This document shows positions 1 to 14,222 of a stretch of DNA of 64,000 nt, one piece after another. The DNA lies in contig NW_027270950.1 of assembly GCF_040938485.1 (NCBI RefSeq), positions 3,038,001 through 3,102,000 of the forward strand. Direction: 5' to 3'. The DNA comes from Diadema antillarum. Taxonomy: Eukaryota. Position 1 is the stretch's first letter. Every line of letters begins with the position of its first letter. The notes under the pieces are model-generated. The model was not told the origin of the DNA, ran no database searches, and saw nothing but the letters and a program-made list of their open reading frames with translations. Position numbers and translations under genes: made by a program.

Positions 1-625
1 GTGTTCTGTTGTAAACGCGGTGCGTTTAGTCTTTATTCAAGGTAGCGAAAGCGTGATAGCGGTAGCGTGATAGCGCGTCATCAGTGCAGCGCGGACTCAA
101 AGATCAACATTATCATTGATAATTATCATTGATAACATAGAGCGATGACTAAGCACTTAATGTTTTCCTAACTTGTGCTAGGCCCTACATCATTGTGTTT
201 GTGTGATTTTTGTTTTCTCCCTGTCGGATTTTGGCACTTGGTAAGTTAGTAGGTCTCTTAAAAGAATGTTGAACAGGCATACGAATATTATCTGTAATGC
301 ATGTGTTCCGACAGTCTGAGGGTCATCTGTTTTGTAATCAGTATTTTCAGGAATTTAAATTCACGTTAGCGGGATGCTTGGTTTATTATGTTTAGCTGCT
401 ATTTAGAATGTCTTAACATCAGTGGTGATCTTCAATATAGGAGGATGGGCTGAAATGCACAGGGCCAGGTATGTGAAATAAATGGAAAATAATTTAGCTG
501 CCACTTCTATTGTGTAGTTACCTTTAATAGGCAATACAAAGGATGAATAAACTGCAAATTAGCAAACTATCGATTCTTTCTCTTCCTTACATTTAATATT
601 TTTTTCCGCTCTTAAATCTCGCCAT

Positions 626-662
<37 letters not shown>

Positions 663-2648
663 CTTTTCTTCTGCTTCTTCTCCTTCCATCAATGAGACAA
701 ACATGTATTACGTCTTGAGATCTCTTCTGTTGGTACTTGGAATGATCGCGATGTTAATACTTCAATAAATGTTTAAAGAAAACTCTCTTTCTCCGTGATC
801 GCGCAATATTATAGACCCTCTGAATGCCACATTGATTCCCTCTTCTTATGTTTGTGTATTAAATCTGTGCACATTTGACATCATAGGCACAGTAAGGGTT
901 AACTGCCGAATTGCCGAATTACCCGACCTTCGGGTATATTGATTCTTATACTTAACTATAATCACCTGCTTTGTACAAACAAATGAAATGGATCTCAAGC
1001 GAGCGTTTGCGACTGCTGCTTATGAAAAGGAAAATACATTTAGGATTTAGAAGAAAATGAGGGTATATACTTTTTATTTTGTTGCCATAACGCGACTTGC
1101 AGTTATGTATTATTTGCAAGATTGTGTTATGAAGAATTTAATGAATAAAATCAAAATGTACTGCAAAAAATGCAAACACACATGCTGTTCGTATAATATT
1201 CAAATTAAACTTTATTCGAAATAAACGTGGACGCACGATAATCACAAATCTGAAATACTGTATCTCACACGTCAACATGCTGGATACATGGACTTCTTAA
1301 TGGTGTTGATGTCGTAATCTTCGTAACTTTTACTGATTTCCTGTGATTTGTTCTTTTTCTTGAGAGATTTTCCATCCAAAAAAGAAATATCTGCAGCACT
1401 ATTTTCTAATTTAACACTGAACGACTGACACGTGCCTATCATATTTTGTAACGGCTATAGCCATGATGACATTGATAACTACAACTTTTAAATGATATAC
1501 GTCAGTTATGCGGATTTACATGTTAGAAGAGTATGTTATAGATACTAATCAATTTACATCCCGTAGAGGAGTTTTGAAGTTGCAATGTAGCTACACAATA
1601 AAAAGAGTTAAGGTACAATACTAGTATACATGTAGTTCAAAATGATATGTGAAATGATCTAAACAAATGAACGTTTCCCCAAAATCCTGAAAAGACGCCA
1701 TAATCGTTCACGCAACCATAACTATAATTATACTTTTTTTTCTCTCATTATTCATTCTCGTCATCAATTCTGATTCAACAACTTGAGCGTTGATTCAAGA
1801 GAAAACAATTTAAGATATTGATGTGTCATTGGGTAATATAATGATCTCTAAAGTTGACTGTTGTGGATACAAAAAGTGTGGCTTACCACGTGCTGCTAAA
1901 CCGAAATGAATTACTCGAGCGAATGCAGACAGCTCCTTAAAAGATCTTATTTTATATAATATCTGGATACATAGTACGCATTCATGTCGCACATGCTATT
2001 ATCTAAAAGTTAGTTGTTCCCGTAGGGCACTGTTTGATGACTACCTTTGTTATACAATACATCAGCTATCATTCTAAATCTATACATTTTGATCATGGGA
2101 TCCAAGATATATCGGGGATCCGGGTGAGGTATACGTAGGCCCTATAGGTTAACCAAAGTCGCTACATTGTTCAAGGAAAGCAGTGTACCGGTAGTCTGGT
2201 CACTGGCGCCACATGGACAGACTGGAGATCATCGAAGCTTCCAGGGATGCAGGCTGGCATAAAACTGGCCAAGCGCTGTTCAAACAGTTCTTTGCATGTC
2301 AGCTTTGCGCAGTCGTTGCTCCGCTCAACTGTCTCGTACATTATTTCATGCATGCATCTACACTTTTGCTTCGCACATATAATATAAGTTACGTTCAGAC
2401 GGCAATTCTTAACCGCAAGGATCTAACCTCAATGAGAAGTTCTATGGGGCGCCAAGTGTGGTATGGTTGATTTCGTTACGAAATCGACCGTGCGACATTT
2501 GGCTCCCCATAGAACTTATCCTCAAGGTAAGAGATTACCGTCAGAAACTAACTGTAGTTGACACTGACCATATGAATCATATTGATAGCTTTGCTCTCTT
2601 TGAGAATAGCGGAAAGCAAAACTCACCTGTCAACGCATGATGTGTCCT

Positions 2649-2691
<43 letters not shown>

Positions 2692-3053
2692 ACACACCTA
2701 TGAAGAAAAATGTTCCCACATTCTTCTCGTCGCGTGATATCAGAAACGCTTGGTCCACGGGTAGTCCAGAAAAAGATCGGTTTTATGAGCGTCAATCCAA
2801 ATTTCATGAATGTCTTATTGACAATAGTTCTTCTTGAAAACCAGAACGCTTACCGGAGGTTTGATCACTGTAATTCTTAAGTCCTTGAAATATATTATGG
2901 AAACTGGATTCTAAATATTGAAAAATGTGTTTTTGTTTTTGTTTTTGAGGGACAGGTAAATAGAATAGCTCGTCACAACGTCAGGACGGGAGAAACATCC
3001 AAACAATTTGATAATCTTGTAAATTTTGGGTAAATATGGCCTGAAGGCTCCCA

Positions 3054-3788
3054 TTATCTTGCGATCAGGAAACCACGCTTACGTCCGCTAGTAGGGTCTC
3101 GAGTGTCCATCTTCCTGTATATGTCCTTTGTTGATATCCAGACCTCTTTCTTCTGGATAGCAGTATCAAGCAGAAGCAAACGGTCGCTAGCTTCGTGATA
3201 GGCAGCCAGAGGACTCAAATGTCCGTAGGTGTGTGATTTGTTATCATGGATAAAGTTGCTTTCGAAGTTTATCAGGATACCCTGGCTGGAGTCGCCATGA
3301 GAGAGCGCCGCCAACGCCTTCGAACGAAAATCGTCAACGCTATTTTCGCTCGTGAGGTATATTTCGCATTGGTTAAAGATGCCGTGCTGATGAAATAGTT
3401 CTTGGATTTCCATCAGTGTTGCCCCCTGTTTGACCAAAACTTCGTCGGTCACCACTCGGGTGGTCTCCTTAAAGGTGAACATGTTGGTGTCCGTAAACGG
3501 TACGTCGCTGACGTCACAATCGCAGTGCTGCCGCTCATCCGGGTACTTCTGGCCGAAGAGGCGCGCACTCATGAGGAGGGCGGCAGTGTGTACTCCGCAG
3601 TAGCCACTCTTGAGCTGCTTGCTGAAGATCCTAAGGAGCAATGTCTGCCGGATGGATGTCCCATTGAGAAGATTCTGTCCCTCGGTTGACTGCAGAAGTA
3701 TGTGCTGATCGGGCGTATGTGCCATATTTGCATCTGTTGCAGCGGGGAGGTGGTGCCTTTGCAGAATAGAATGAAGAAGAAGGTTCAT
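3054..3788 (-). CDS. PCS: Phytochelatin synthase-like protein, copy 1 (stand-alone peptidase C83 domain)
   Basis: 244-aa intact ORF with STEGQNLL, Q-x5-C (KQLKSGYCG), GHLSPLAAYH and LLLLD (His-Asp spacing 18, as in PCS), and C-terminal MDTRDPTSGRKRGFLI. A splice acceptor (tctcgcag) lies 1 nt before this ATG. The alternative start at 3725 (MAHTPDQ) aligns better with copy 2. Confidence 0.88.
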   Translation of the reverse strand: MNLLLHSILQRHHLPAATDANMAHTPDQHILLQSTEGQNLLNGTSIRQTLLLRIFSKQLKSGYCGVHTAALLMSARLFGQKYPDERQHCDCDVSDVPFTDTNMFTFKETTRVVTDEVLVKQGATLMEIQELFHQHGIFNQCEIYLTSENSVDDFRSKALAALSHGDSSQGILINFESNFIHDNKSHTYGHLSPLAAYHEASDRLLLLDTAIQKKEVWISTKDIYRKMDTRDPTSGRKRGFLIAR

Positions 3789-4879
3789 GCTGCGAGACGT
3801 GTCATTTTATGATCTTTTATCGACATTATAGTGACGTCATGAGCAATTAGACGCACGCGAGCCCCTTGTCGGCGATCCTAAAAACCTTTGTACAGTAAAT
3901 CTCATTCATCGTGCTATGACATCATTATCACTGTGTGATATAGGCCTAGATACATAACTTAAACTATGTTTGTTTGCCCATTTTTTGCCCCTCAAGGATG
4001 GTCTTCGGTATTGCATGTATATCATTGTTGCGGTTGATTGTTATTTCTTTGAAAAATACTAGTAAAAGACTGAATAATTACTCTTAGTTTGTGGAACTTT
4101 AAACATGATATGCCATAATGCGTACATAGGGTCGTCGTGTATCATATATATTTTTCACTGTTGCTTCGTGCATTGTTCGCAACTTACGAGGTCTCTACGA
4201 AATAAAAATCAACATGGTGTATATAGCTTTGTTAATCTCCTTTTCCACTTTCAAGGGTTATAACTTTAAAGGTGAAATGTTAAGAAATGATATATGACGT
4301 ACACGCCAAGATCAGCGTATTGGGACGTTTTTGTGTTATCACATTTCTGCCCAGTCCCTGGTGTTGCTGCAATATACTCAAACATAGTCAGCAAGAGACT
4401 TTAACAAGGCCTCTTGTACTGAATAAAGTTTTGGCCAGAATTCACATATCATTGATTTTGCAAAACGTAAAATACGTCGACTACCCCCACAAACATCCAA
4501 TAATGAGTCCAAGCGAACAAGTGTACGGTTCTAGGTGCGCTTATCGCTGTTAGTCCACTCGACTATCTACTCTAAAGCCACGGATATCATTCAAACTACC
4601 AGTATACTCTTATGAATTTCGTGCTTATGCGTCTTCAAACACGTAACTCAAAGCGTTGTAGAATAACTTCCTGATTGGTAATTTGATTATGACCATGATC
4701 ATTCTTAGGAATAATGTCAAGATGAACATTATTTTTACAATATCATCATTATCATTGTGAAGGTTTTGAATTTGTTGTGACATTTCAGACTGTATTCAAT
4801 GATGTGTGTTGAATAGTATAATATAGTGTCTGTAAGGATTCGTAGGGTCTCACACACAAATTCCCTTACCTTGATATTC

Positions 4880-5190
4880 GCTGATCCGAAAATGATACAG
4901 GGTTGATTAATTCAAACATTTTGGCCTGACTCCGAAGGTTAGTTATTTCGAAAGCTCGTTACTTGAAAATGAAATAAAATCGTTATTCCGAAAGTTTGTT
5001 AATCCGAAAATGGAAGCAAAAAGTGCCCACAAATACGAACCTTCGGAATTACGAACCTTATTTCTTATTCGGAAAAAAAAACCTTCTGCATTGTTCGGAA
5101 TAACGAACCTTCGGAGTAATGAACCTCATTTCATGTTCGTATTAATGAACCTTCGGACTAACGAACCTTCGGAATAACGAACTGTATCCC
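4880..5190. repeat. Dispersed AACGAACCTTCGGAAT-type repeat family
   Basis: Multiple internal direct and inverted copies of aacgaaccttcgga; further copies at ~10595-10945, ~14590-14775, ~37275-37840, ~38160-38195, ~38945-38992 and ~40020-40265. Confidence 0.75.
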
Positions 5191-7379
5191 ACATCACATT
5201 TCTCTGCCCTCCTCTTACCCTTTTGATGTCCTACTCTAAATTTCTACAAGAGAAGGCATCATCGGCTTCCACGTTTATTCGACTCGTCGCATCGATCCTT
5301 TCTGTTTGTTTTTTGGTTTTTATGCCTCCGCCACGAAGTGGTGCCGGTGGCATTATTTTCACATATTACGATGGTGATAATGGCAGTTTGTCGCAACAAA
5401 CAATCGCAACACAATAATGTTCATCATTTCTTCACCCTCAACGTTGCAGACTCAGAGTAGCAGGATAACTCAGGGGCGGATCCAGCAATTCCATAAAGGG
5501 TAGGCGCCTTCACAAAATTAAAGGGGGCTTATGTCCGCCCCCCCCCCCCAATTTTTTTTTCTTTTGTTTTAACACATGTTACTGCTATAAACCCACAGCC
5601 GAATTAGCATTGACGAGTCCTGATTAGACGTGTAGTTCAGCGTCGGCATGTATGCCGACTTGGAGATATCATATACCTACAGGACGCCATATGTCATATC
5701 CATTATCAAAAATGAGAAAAATAAATATGGATACAGCACTTGTTCGGCTGTCACTATTAAAATCATTTTTGTACTGGGAAAGGAGCTATAACGAACTGAT
5801 ATCTTATAGGTTGGCCTGCAATCCGATCATGGCTATAGCCATTACAAAATATGATAGGCACGTATGTCATACTCACAACTTTTTTTTTTGCCGGTAAAGC
5901 TTCTCGTGTACGAAGTAGTCGGCCGAGACCGGATAAATGGCTGGGGAAACAGACGTGCCTCGTGAATTCTGCACCGTAACCCCGAGTATTTGTACAAAGC
6001 GCCTATATACTAAGAGGCCAAAGTCCAAAAGGAAAAAAAAAATGCAGGGTAAATGATATACAGCTGTCACTTTATATGCTGCACTTTGGTTTTTAAAGCC
6101 AATTGTCAATAGTGACAATGGGGTGATACTATTGTCTAGCAAACACGAAGGGCACGTTAAGTTCATAATATGCAAACATTACTGACTTTCTGTGGACCGG
6201 TGTGAGGTACTTCAATGAAGATTAGTGTGAGGAGGGTGATTCGGCGTGATTTGTTTCAGTGGTATTTTCTTTTTTCAAATTCCACATGTTCAACTATTTT
6301 CACTGCACATTGTATGTTCAATCAAAGTAAACATTGAAGTTGTCATTTTTTTTTTTTTGGGGGGGGGGGGGGGGCAAAACTGTGAAAGTTTGGATTTCTC
6401 ATGTTCAATCACCACCGTGTCTTCACGACACAGTAAGTTCATCGTCATGCAAGTAACATGATGTAAGGAGGTCATGAACTTGCGAGTCTCCCGCGCTTTT
6501 TAAAGGACAAGTTTACCTTCTTTTACATAAAGATTGGGAGAATACAGTAATATCCGTAGAATACATCAGCGAACGTTTGAGGAAAATGGGAGAATCGGTT
6601 TAAAAGTTATGATTTTTTAAAGTTTCAATGCCGCCATCGCTGGATGAGAAGACTGCTACAACTTGTGACGTCATCGGAGTTGAACGACGTGGAGAAAATA
6701 TAACAAAATTCAACATAATTATTTTCACTTTTCTCACGTAATAGAAGAGCACTTGACTTGCCTCTATAAAAGCAGGGGGAATAAAAAAATCACCTTTAAC
6801 GCACATCACTAACGAATGAAATTTCGTGGAATTCTCTTTATATATTCTTTATAATTGTTCTATTTATACGCATGTGACATCATACACTGGATTAGTCTTC
6901 TCATCCAAAGTGAATGCGAAAGGCTGAAAACATTATAACTTTTGAATGGATTGTCTGCATTTCCTCAAATTTTCACTGACATGTTCTGCTGATATTGCTG
7001 CATTCACTCAATCCAAATGTATATGAACGTGAACATTGCTTGTCTAACTCGACAAACATTACATTCCCTTTCTATGAGCGTATTCCAGATTGATACAGAG
7101 GAAATCTATATTCTTTGCCTGAAAACAGCTGAAACCTTAAAATGTATTTTTCATACACAAACACCATTTAGAGAGAAGTTTTATAGACAGTATGATATGC
7201 CTCACACCCCCCCCCCCCTCCCTCCGCATCTTATTTACCTGGATTGGGCGAATATGAATATGACGGATATTTCTCTACTGAAGTTAAACCCGTTCCATAC
7301 CGAATCCTGAGATGCCCATAGACTTAATTCGCAGGTCACCAGGTTCCCGTACGGAACGGGTTAGTGTTCCTACTCTTTA

Positions 7380-7547
7380 GTGGCCCGTTGCATAAAACTT
7401 ACCGTTGAATTTCAATGGTAACTACCGTCAAAATTAGGCGTCACAGCCAATCAGCATCAAGGATTATAAGCTTTACCGCTAATTTGAAGACTTACCGCTA
7501 GAAAGGAGCGGTAAGTCCAGCGGTAAGGGTTTTATGCAACAGGGCAC
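7380..7547. mobile_element. MITE (GGCCCGTTGCATAAA-type TIR)
   Basis: gtggcccgttgcataaaac ... gttttatgcaacagggcac. Confidence 0.7.
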
Positions 7548-9006
7548 AGATTTTGATTATGATTTCCCTCTTCAGGAGAGCTAATGTTTAATACTATATG
7601 TCTCATATAATGAATCATTGTTTTTTGTGTTTCCTTGTTGTTGTTGTTGTTGTTGTTGAATTTTAGCTAAAGTCAAACAACTAACTTCACAGAGGTTTTC
7701 CATTTTTAGTCACTACCCCTGTGAGTCGGTGACTCTTTGCACACGGCAGGTATGCGTTTAATACGTATCAGTAAGAGATTAACCTCGAACCGAGGCACTG
7801 GTCGAGGCGTATCAACACCAGGTTCCAGGTTTGACCGGATGTATAGGACCACTGTGGCATGAAACAGTAGATTAGTTGGGCTTGTACATTATGGGTCAGG
7901 AGTTGACCGGATGTAGCACAATGTGGCCTATACTAGTATATAGTTGACTTGGCTTCGGACGTACAACGGGAAATACGAGGCTCGAACCGCGTCCGTTGCG
8001 TTCTTTCATATTCTCAACCCTGTGTCCCTGTGGGTAGCTGATGATAAAGGGGCTATGGTAAATGACAGCACTCGTTGGAAGATGAGGGCATTCACAAATC
8101 AGAGGCTATTCAGGGTAAAGGAGTATTTTACAGATCACAACGTGTCGTTCACAGTTCTTGAATTCGCTTCCATTAAGGTTCCTGCTTAAACCCCCTATAA
8201 AGAAGAAAATTTAATTCATTCCAAAATTCATTCCAAAATTTCATCAATTTCATGAGAAAGAGGTAAAAAACTTTAGAACAGTGCAAAAAATGACAGTCGG
8301 ATAAGAAAAAGCACCTTTATAACGTACTTTTTCGGAAAACACTTCTTGACTAGTCGTTATATGAATATTGAAATTAGCAAGTTGCTGATGTCATGCATTC
8401 ACAATTTCTTCTTCATATTATTATACACAGAATTAATGACAGAAATCTCATACTTTACCTGCTTAGATATAAAGCTTGCCTTTAAAACACCCAAAATAAA
8501 AAGAGAACAAATGTTTACTCTGATATATTTTAGCATGGGAATGTGCTTTCAACTCGCTCATCAATATTCATAAGGACTGGTCAAGAAATGTTTTCGAAGA
8601 AAATGTGAAATTTTAAAATGTCATGTCTTATTTCTTATCTGAATTTTTTTCCATTTTTTTTTCTTCTCTTTCCTTTGAGTTTATCTATTTTTGGGTGGAT
8701 TTCCACTATAAAGGAAACAGAAAAAAGTGTGTACGTGCCAATAAAGATAAAGGCATAATTTATAATTTGCAAATGAAATAACTGCTCACAAAGGTAATCA
8801 GGACCTTTAAAAGAAGATGAAAATGCAGGAAAACTCTTGCTTGATAGATGTTGCTACGATTGATCTCAGATTTTCATCAGTGTGTGTGCGCGCATGCGAT
8901 TGACGTATCTTCAAACCTTCGCCGTCAGTGGTCACTACTCGCATAAGTTTATAAATGCATGTAGGCTCCTACTGTTTCAAAGCGGGTTGATTTTATGATT
9001 TACTTT

Positions 9007-9042
<36 letters not shown>

Positions 9043-11065
9043 GCGTCTGTCTCCATCTCTCTGTCAAATAAACAACAAATAAACAAAAAGAAAATCAAGT
9101 ACAATGCATATCCAAGAATAAGGACCTTCGATTAAATGAAAAAAAAAATAAAGTTTAATATCAAAAGTACCTCACGTCGTTGGCCGCTTGGGCTTTAAAA
9201 CTTCTTTACAAACCTGAATAACATGTCATCATCAACAACAACGACAACAAAGATATGGAGGCCTACATGAGGAGATTTGGAAATGTACACTAGCCCTCTA
9301 CTTCTTCCCTTTCAGGTGCAAATCATCCAACACCGTTAAACGTGATTGCGTAATCATAATTTCATTACAACATACGATGAAAGTTATAATGACAGTTGAA
9401 TACTTATCAAAACCCGCATAAATTTTGACGATGTAATAATGATTACAATAATACCAATGACAATACACCCTGATAAAGAAAATTTACAATTGTAACAACT
9501 ATGAAAATATCTTAAGATAATGATCAAAGTCGTTTTATAACAATATAAGATAAAAGGCAGAAGAAATTATTATGGTGCATTTCTGTATATATTTTACCTT
9601 TCTGTAAAACAATAATTTCTCCTCTTAATAATGACATTGTCAAAACCCCCATCTAGACAGTGCCCTTGGAAGCTATAAAAAGTAGATAACCATGTAACTT
9701 CCGATGTACGTATAGAGCAAAATGCTATCATGATATCTTGGCTTCTCTTTTGGAGCTTCTTTAATTTATCTCCATTGTGAGATGAATCGTAGAGGGATCA
9801 TTCAGCTTGTACTTAAATGGATAAATTGCCTTCTTAATGAAAACACATTGCACATCATTCGAAACCTCCTGCACAACATGCACACGCTTTATAAGACCAC
9901 AAAACCTTCACCACGACACGTACCATATAACAACAAAAAAAAATGCGTTTTCATACTTTTCACAGCTGCTTTTCCCTGTAGTTTGATTAGGGAGCTAACG
10001 TACATAATGATAATGATTGCATGGATGTAATTTACCTCGTACAGGTCCAGCTTTGAGGAAATACACTAATTTGATCAAGCTGTTCGTTTGTGGCTTGCTG
10101 TTGTCTCTTGTAACAGAGGACAACATTCTACTTTTGTGTTATACACAGCATTGGAACGCATCATGAGACTTTCCCAAGCATCCTTCTGAACTTATTTTCA
10201 AAACGACTCAATTGGGTGATTATCTTTATACCTAAATCTTATCTGAACCTTGCGAATACACACTATTACAAGAATCATACATAATACAATTCGTTGAATA
10301 GCTCCTGGGTGAATATGCGTGTTTTTGTGTTTAGTAGTTGTTTATTTTCAATTCTTTTGTTTGTACCTGCTTCATGCACTGTGTTAGATTTGGGGAGGGG
10401 GGGGGGAGGGAGAGGAGAGAGTGTACGATACCGACTCATCATGCATACGGAAACTACCACGACAGTGAGGTTATGGTGAAATAGTTAGAATTGTATACCA
10501 AAACCCATTACAAAAATCGACCAACCCATCAATTTTGTATCGATATTGATGAAGCAGATCAGATGGAATTCAGCGAGGTTGTGATATAACAGGGGTGATG
10601 TTCGTTTATCCGAAGGCTCGTTATACCAAATGTTCGTTCTTCCGATGAATTCGATATTTACCTACATGTTCGGTAATCTTTCCATGAAATAAGGTTCGTT
10701 AATCCGAACATTAATTTTGTGGTGCTCTTCCGATGGTTCGTTATTGCAAAAATGAAACACTCGAATTTAGACTATCAAGCCTTTTTGTTAACGAGCTTTT
10801 TTTTTTTTTTTTTTGATTAACGAACCTTCAGAATGACGAACTATTTTCTTTTTTAATTTCGCTTATACTAACCTTCGGAATAACGAACCTTTGGTATAAT
10901 AAACTATCGGAATAACGTACCGTCGGAATTGCGAACTGTGACTATACAACAGTGGGACGTACTACAGTGTATCATATGCAGATTACATTTTAGAGACGGC
11001 AAGAATATCGTCTGAGATGTCGTAATATCTTTCCGAGATACGAAAATGTACATAAATTTCATCTC

Positions 11066-11749
11066 TCATGCTGGACCCGACATAAAATTCGCAATTAAAA
11101 ATCCTCTTGTGAGTGAAGACACGTTGTCCTTTGTATTCATCTTTTCGAACAAATCTCTCGTTGGGACCCACAATTCTCTTTTATGAACGGACGTGTCGAG
11201 AAGAAGAAAGCAGTCGCTTGCTTCATGGTACGCTGCCAGTGGACTTAAATGCCCAAGAATGATGAACTTGCCGTCCAAATTTAACTCCATTTCGAAATTA
11301 ACGATCACTCCGTGACTGGAGTCCGAGTGAGAGAGTGCCGCCATCGCTCGAGAACGAAACTCGTCAACACTGCTCTCGCTGGTGTGAAACCTTTCGCAGC
11401 CCACGCCGAATGCCTGGAAGAGTTCCTGGATCTCCTTCAAAGTGGTCCCCTCTCTAAGGAGATTCTCATTCTGCAGTACTCGGTTCGTCTCTGGGAACTC
11501 GAACATGTTGGTGTCCAAGAAAGGCACATCGCTGACGTCACAATTGCTGTGCTGGAGGGTGTCTGGATATTTCTTGCCGAAGTGACGCGCGCTCATGAGG
11601 AGGGCGGCAGAATGGAGACCACAATATCCGTTGACGAACTGCTTGCTGAAAATGCGGATGAGCAGTGTCTGCCGTACGGCGGTCCCATGTAGGAGACGCT
11701 GCCCCTCTGGAGATTGTAGGACTACGGCGTTCTGCGAAATATCAGCCAT
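11066..11749 (-). CDS. PCS: Phytochelatin synthase-like protein, copy 2
   Basis: 227-aa intact ORF with SPEGQRLL, KQFVNGYCG, GHLSPLAAYHEASDCFLLLD and MNTKDNVSSLTRGFLI; colinear with the other five copies. Confidence 0.9.
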   Translation of the reverse strand: MADISQNAVVLQSPEGQRLLHGTAVRQTLLIRIFSKQFVNGYCGLHSAALLMSARHFGKKYPDTLQHSNCDVSDVPFLDTNMFEFPETNRVLQNENLLREGTTLKEIQELFQAFGVGCERFHTSESSVDEFRSRAMAALSHSDSSHGVIVNFEMELNLDGKFIILGHLSPLAAYHEASDCFLLLDTSVHKRELWVPTRDLFEKMNTKDNVSSLTRGFLIANFMSGPA

Positions 11750-12356
11750 ATTTCATCGGTGGTCCCTGATGCCGTTTGCTGGCTTAGTCGATTCTAATAG
11801 ACATAAAATTATTAATCAAATACAGCCAGCATGTCACGATGATCGTTTTCAAGTGAAATCAATATGTCATCACCATTATCATCAACAGTAACATAACTAT
11901 TACTACGTCAAGTAAAATCATGATGAAAAATAGTGTCAACGTTATTGTCGTTATTGTCATTAATCTCATTATCATAACTGAACACCCATCAAACGCGGTA
12001 AATCACTATGATAGGCGTGTAATTATGTGTTGGTCTGCGCATTCTTCAAAGCCTACCTGCCAGCGACTTGATAAAGCAGATCAGCTGATAGTGGAACATT
12101 TTGTTATATTAAATGGGTTAGTCAAATACCGGTTAGTGATTGGCTAAACACAGTCACGTGATGGAGGCACATTCGTTACGTTCGTCCAAGGGCGAACATT
12201 CTTTGTAATGTTCTCCCATGGGAAAACATTTTCACGTAACAAAATGACAGAAGGCCTAGGACCGCACGCACAGTGAATTTGGCTCTGCGCGAGCGAGCGA
12301 TCGAGTGTGTCGTGCTGGTGGTTGACGTTGACGTATATTTGACTAACCCAAATGAT

Positions 12357-12532
12357 ACGAATTATTTATGAGTTGTGAGTGCATAGGGCACGAATATCGC
12401 ACGAGGCGCGAGATGAGCCACTGGTCTATTCAACAAGGCGCGTAGCGCCGCGTTGAATAGACCAGTGGCGAATCTCGCGCCGAGTGCGGTATTACGTGCC
12501 CCAATGCACGAACAAAATCATAAATAATTCGT
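12357..12532. repeat. Long imperfect palindrome (hairpin MITE)
   Basis: acgaattatttatga...ccactggtctattcaac / gttgaatagaccagtgg...tcataaataattcgt. Confidence 0.8.
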
Positions 12533-13337
12533 TTTATACAACACCTTGTCCACAATCACAATACAAAATTAGTGACCGCCAACTCAGGAAGGCCCAAAGA
12601 ATTAAATGTAACAATTAGGCAGAGAATTGTAAACCATCCTGTGTACTGCTTTCAAACACTCGTCATGATTCGACCACACAGTCACAGGAATCACAAACTC
12701 CGCAGGGTCTATACCCATTCTACGCTAACGTTAGATCGAGTTAGGCCTGACTGTTAGGCCGATCTGAGATGTCGGTAGATCTAGTGTGTATAGGTCTAGA
12801 CTTTGTCTATTTCCGAAAATGATTTTGTATAAAAACACAGAAAAATAATCAAATTACGGTTTCTCAACTTGAAATGGAGTCTTGATTTTGGGATCACTGT
12901 GGTTCACGTAGCAGATCAGAGTCAAAAGTAAAAACACAGCAGTAGGTATAAAGGTCGCGATACATGCAACTAGCTAGGTAAAGTAACTGCGCGTACACGA
13001 TAACGTTGCAGTACTCCGCCGCGCCTGGTCTGTGAGACTTACCGGCAGCGCAGCGCAGCCGGCCAGCACGTACATAGCTTGTACAATGTAGTTTGCTGGC
13101 GCTTTGCTACAACGGGTGTGAGCCACAGAACTCTGTGAGCGGCCGGCCATGCATTAGTAGCCCCCCGCGAAGCCGTGCTATAGTACCTTCGAGCCGTGCA
13201 ATAGGCCCATGCCAGGGGCCTATTGTATGGCTGTCACTCTCAATGAGTTTGATAGGTATTTTCTATTGAATGTCATGTGACATGTTCTTGGCCAATCACA
13301 ATTCGACATCATTCTGAGGTGTTGTATAATATATAAC

Positions 13338-13518
13338 AGATGATGACTTTTGTTGTCGGGAACATGTACCAAACGTTCCACCCTCAGGGTTTAAAATGCT
13401 ATTTCGGGAGGCTATAAGTCCCTCGACTTCGTCTCGGAACTTATAACCTCCCTCAATAGCATTTCAAACCCCTCGGGTGGAACATTCGTTATGTTCCCTC
13501 CCCCGCCAGTCATCATCT
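13338..13518. repeat. Long imperfect palindrome (hairpin MITE)
   Basis: agatgatgac...gttccaccc...aatgctatt / aatagcatt...gggtggaac...gtcatcatct. Confidence 0.75.
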
Positions 13519-13988
13519 ATAATAATGTTCACCTATGGGAGGACAAGGAGATATTAAGACTGATGTCCATTTTAGTCCAATTTACCTTCTGACCCTGCTC
13601 GAGAGAACACAGTGTCCCACAGTGTGTTCACAATGTGTTCACATATAGTCGACTATGTTAAAACGCTTGAATTTAACATTGTGGAGATGATTTCACACTG
13701 TGGTTTGGTTTCTCACAGACAGTTCACATAACAGGTTCTGTTTCACATAGCATTTTGAATGTGTTCACAATGTTGAAACGTTCGAATTTAATAGTGTGAA
13801 CAGACTTCACACTGTGTTTACAATGCGTTCACATTGTATTTCACACTGTGGAACTGTGGCTTTGGAGTGCCTAAACACAAGCATCTACTCCATGCTCAAT
13901 AGAGATTTAGTAAGAAAATATTTTAAACTATCTATATCGAAAAAGTCAGTGACTTTTTGTTTTCCGGAATACACAGAGTGTTTTATTC

Positions 13989-14222
13989 TAGGGCCCGAAT
14001 TCACGAAGGCAGTACAATCTTTGTCCATTAAACCATGGACAAAGACCGTAGTTTTGTAGAGTTTTGTATGGGGCCCCAAGTGTCGCATGGCCTATTTCAT
14101 AACGAAATGACTGGTTTCGTAACGAAATAGGCCACGCGACACTTGGCGCCCCATACAAACTATGGTCTTTGTCCATGGTTTATTATGGACAAAGATTGTA
14201 CCACCATCATGAATTCGACCTA
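13989..14222. repeat. Nested palindrome (MITE containing a TATGGGGCGCCAAGTGT-type inner TIR unit)
   Basis: Outer arms gaattcacga..gtacaatctttgtccat / atggacaaagattgtac..catgaattc; inner unit ~14067-14155. Related TIRs occur at ~2443 and ~51008-51178. Confidence 0.8.
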
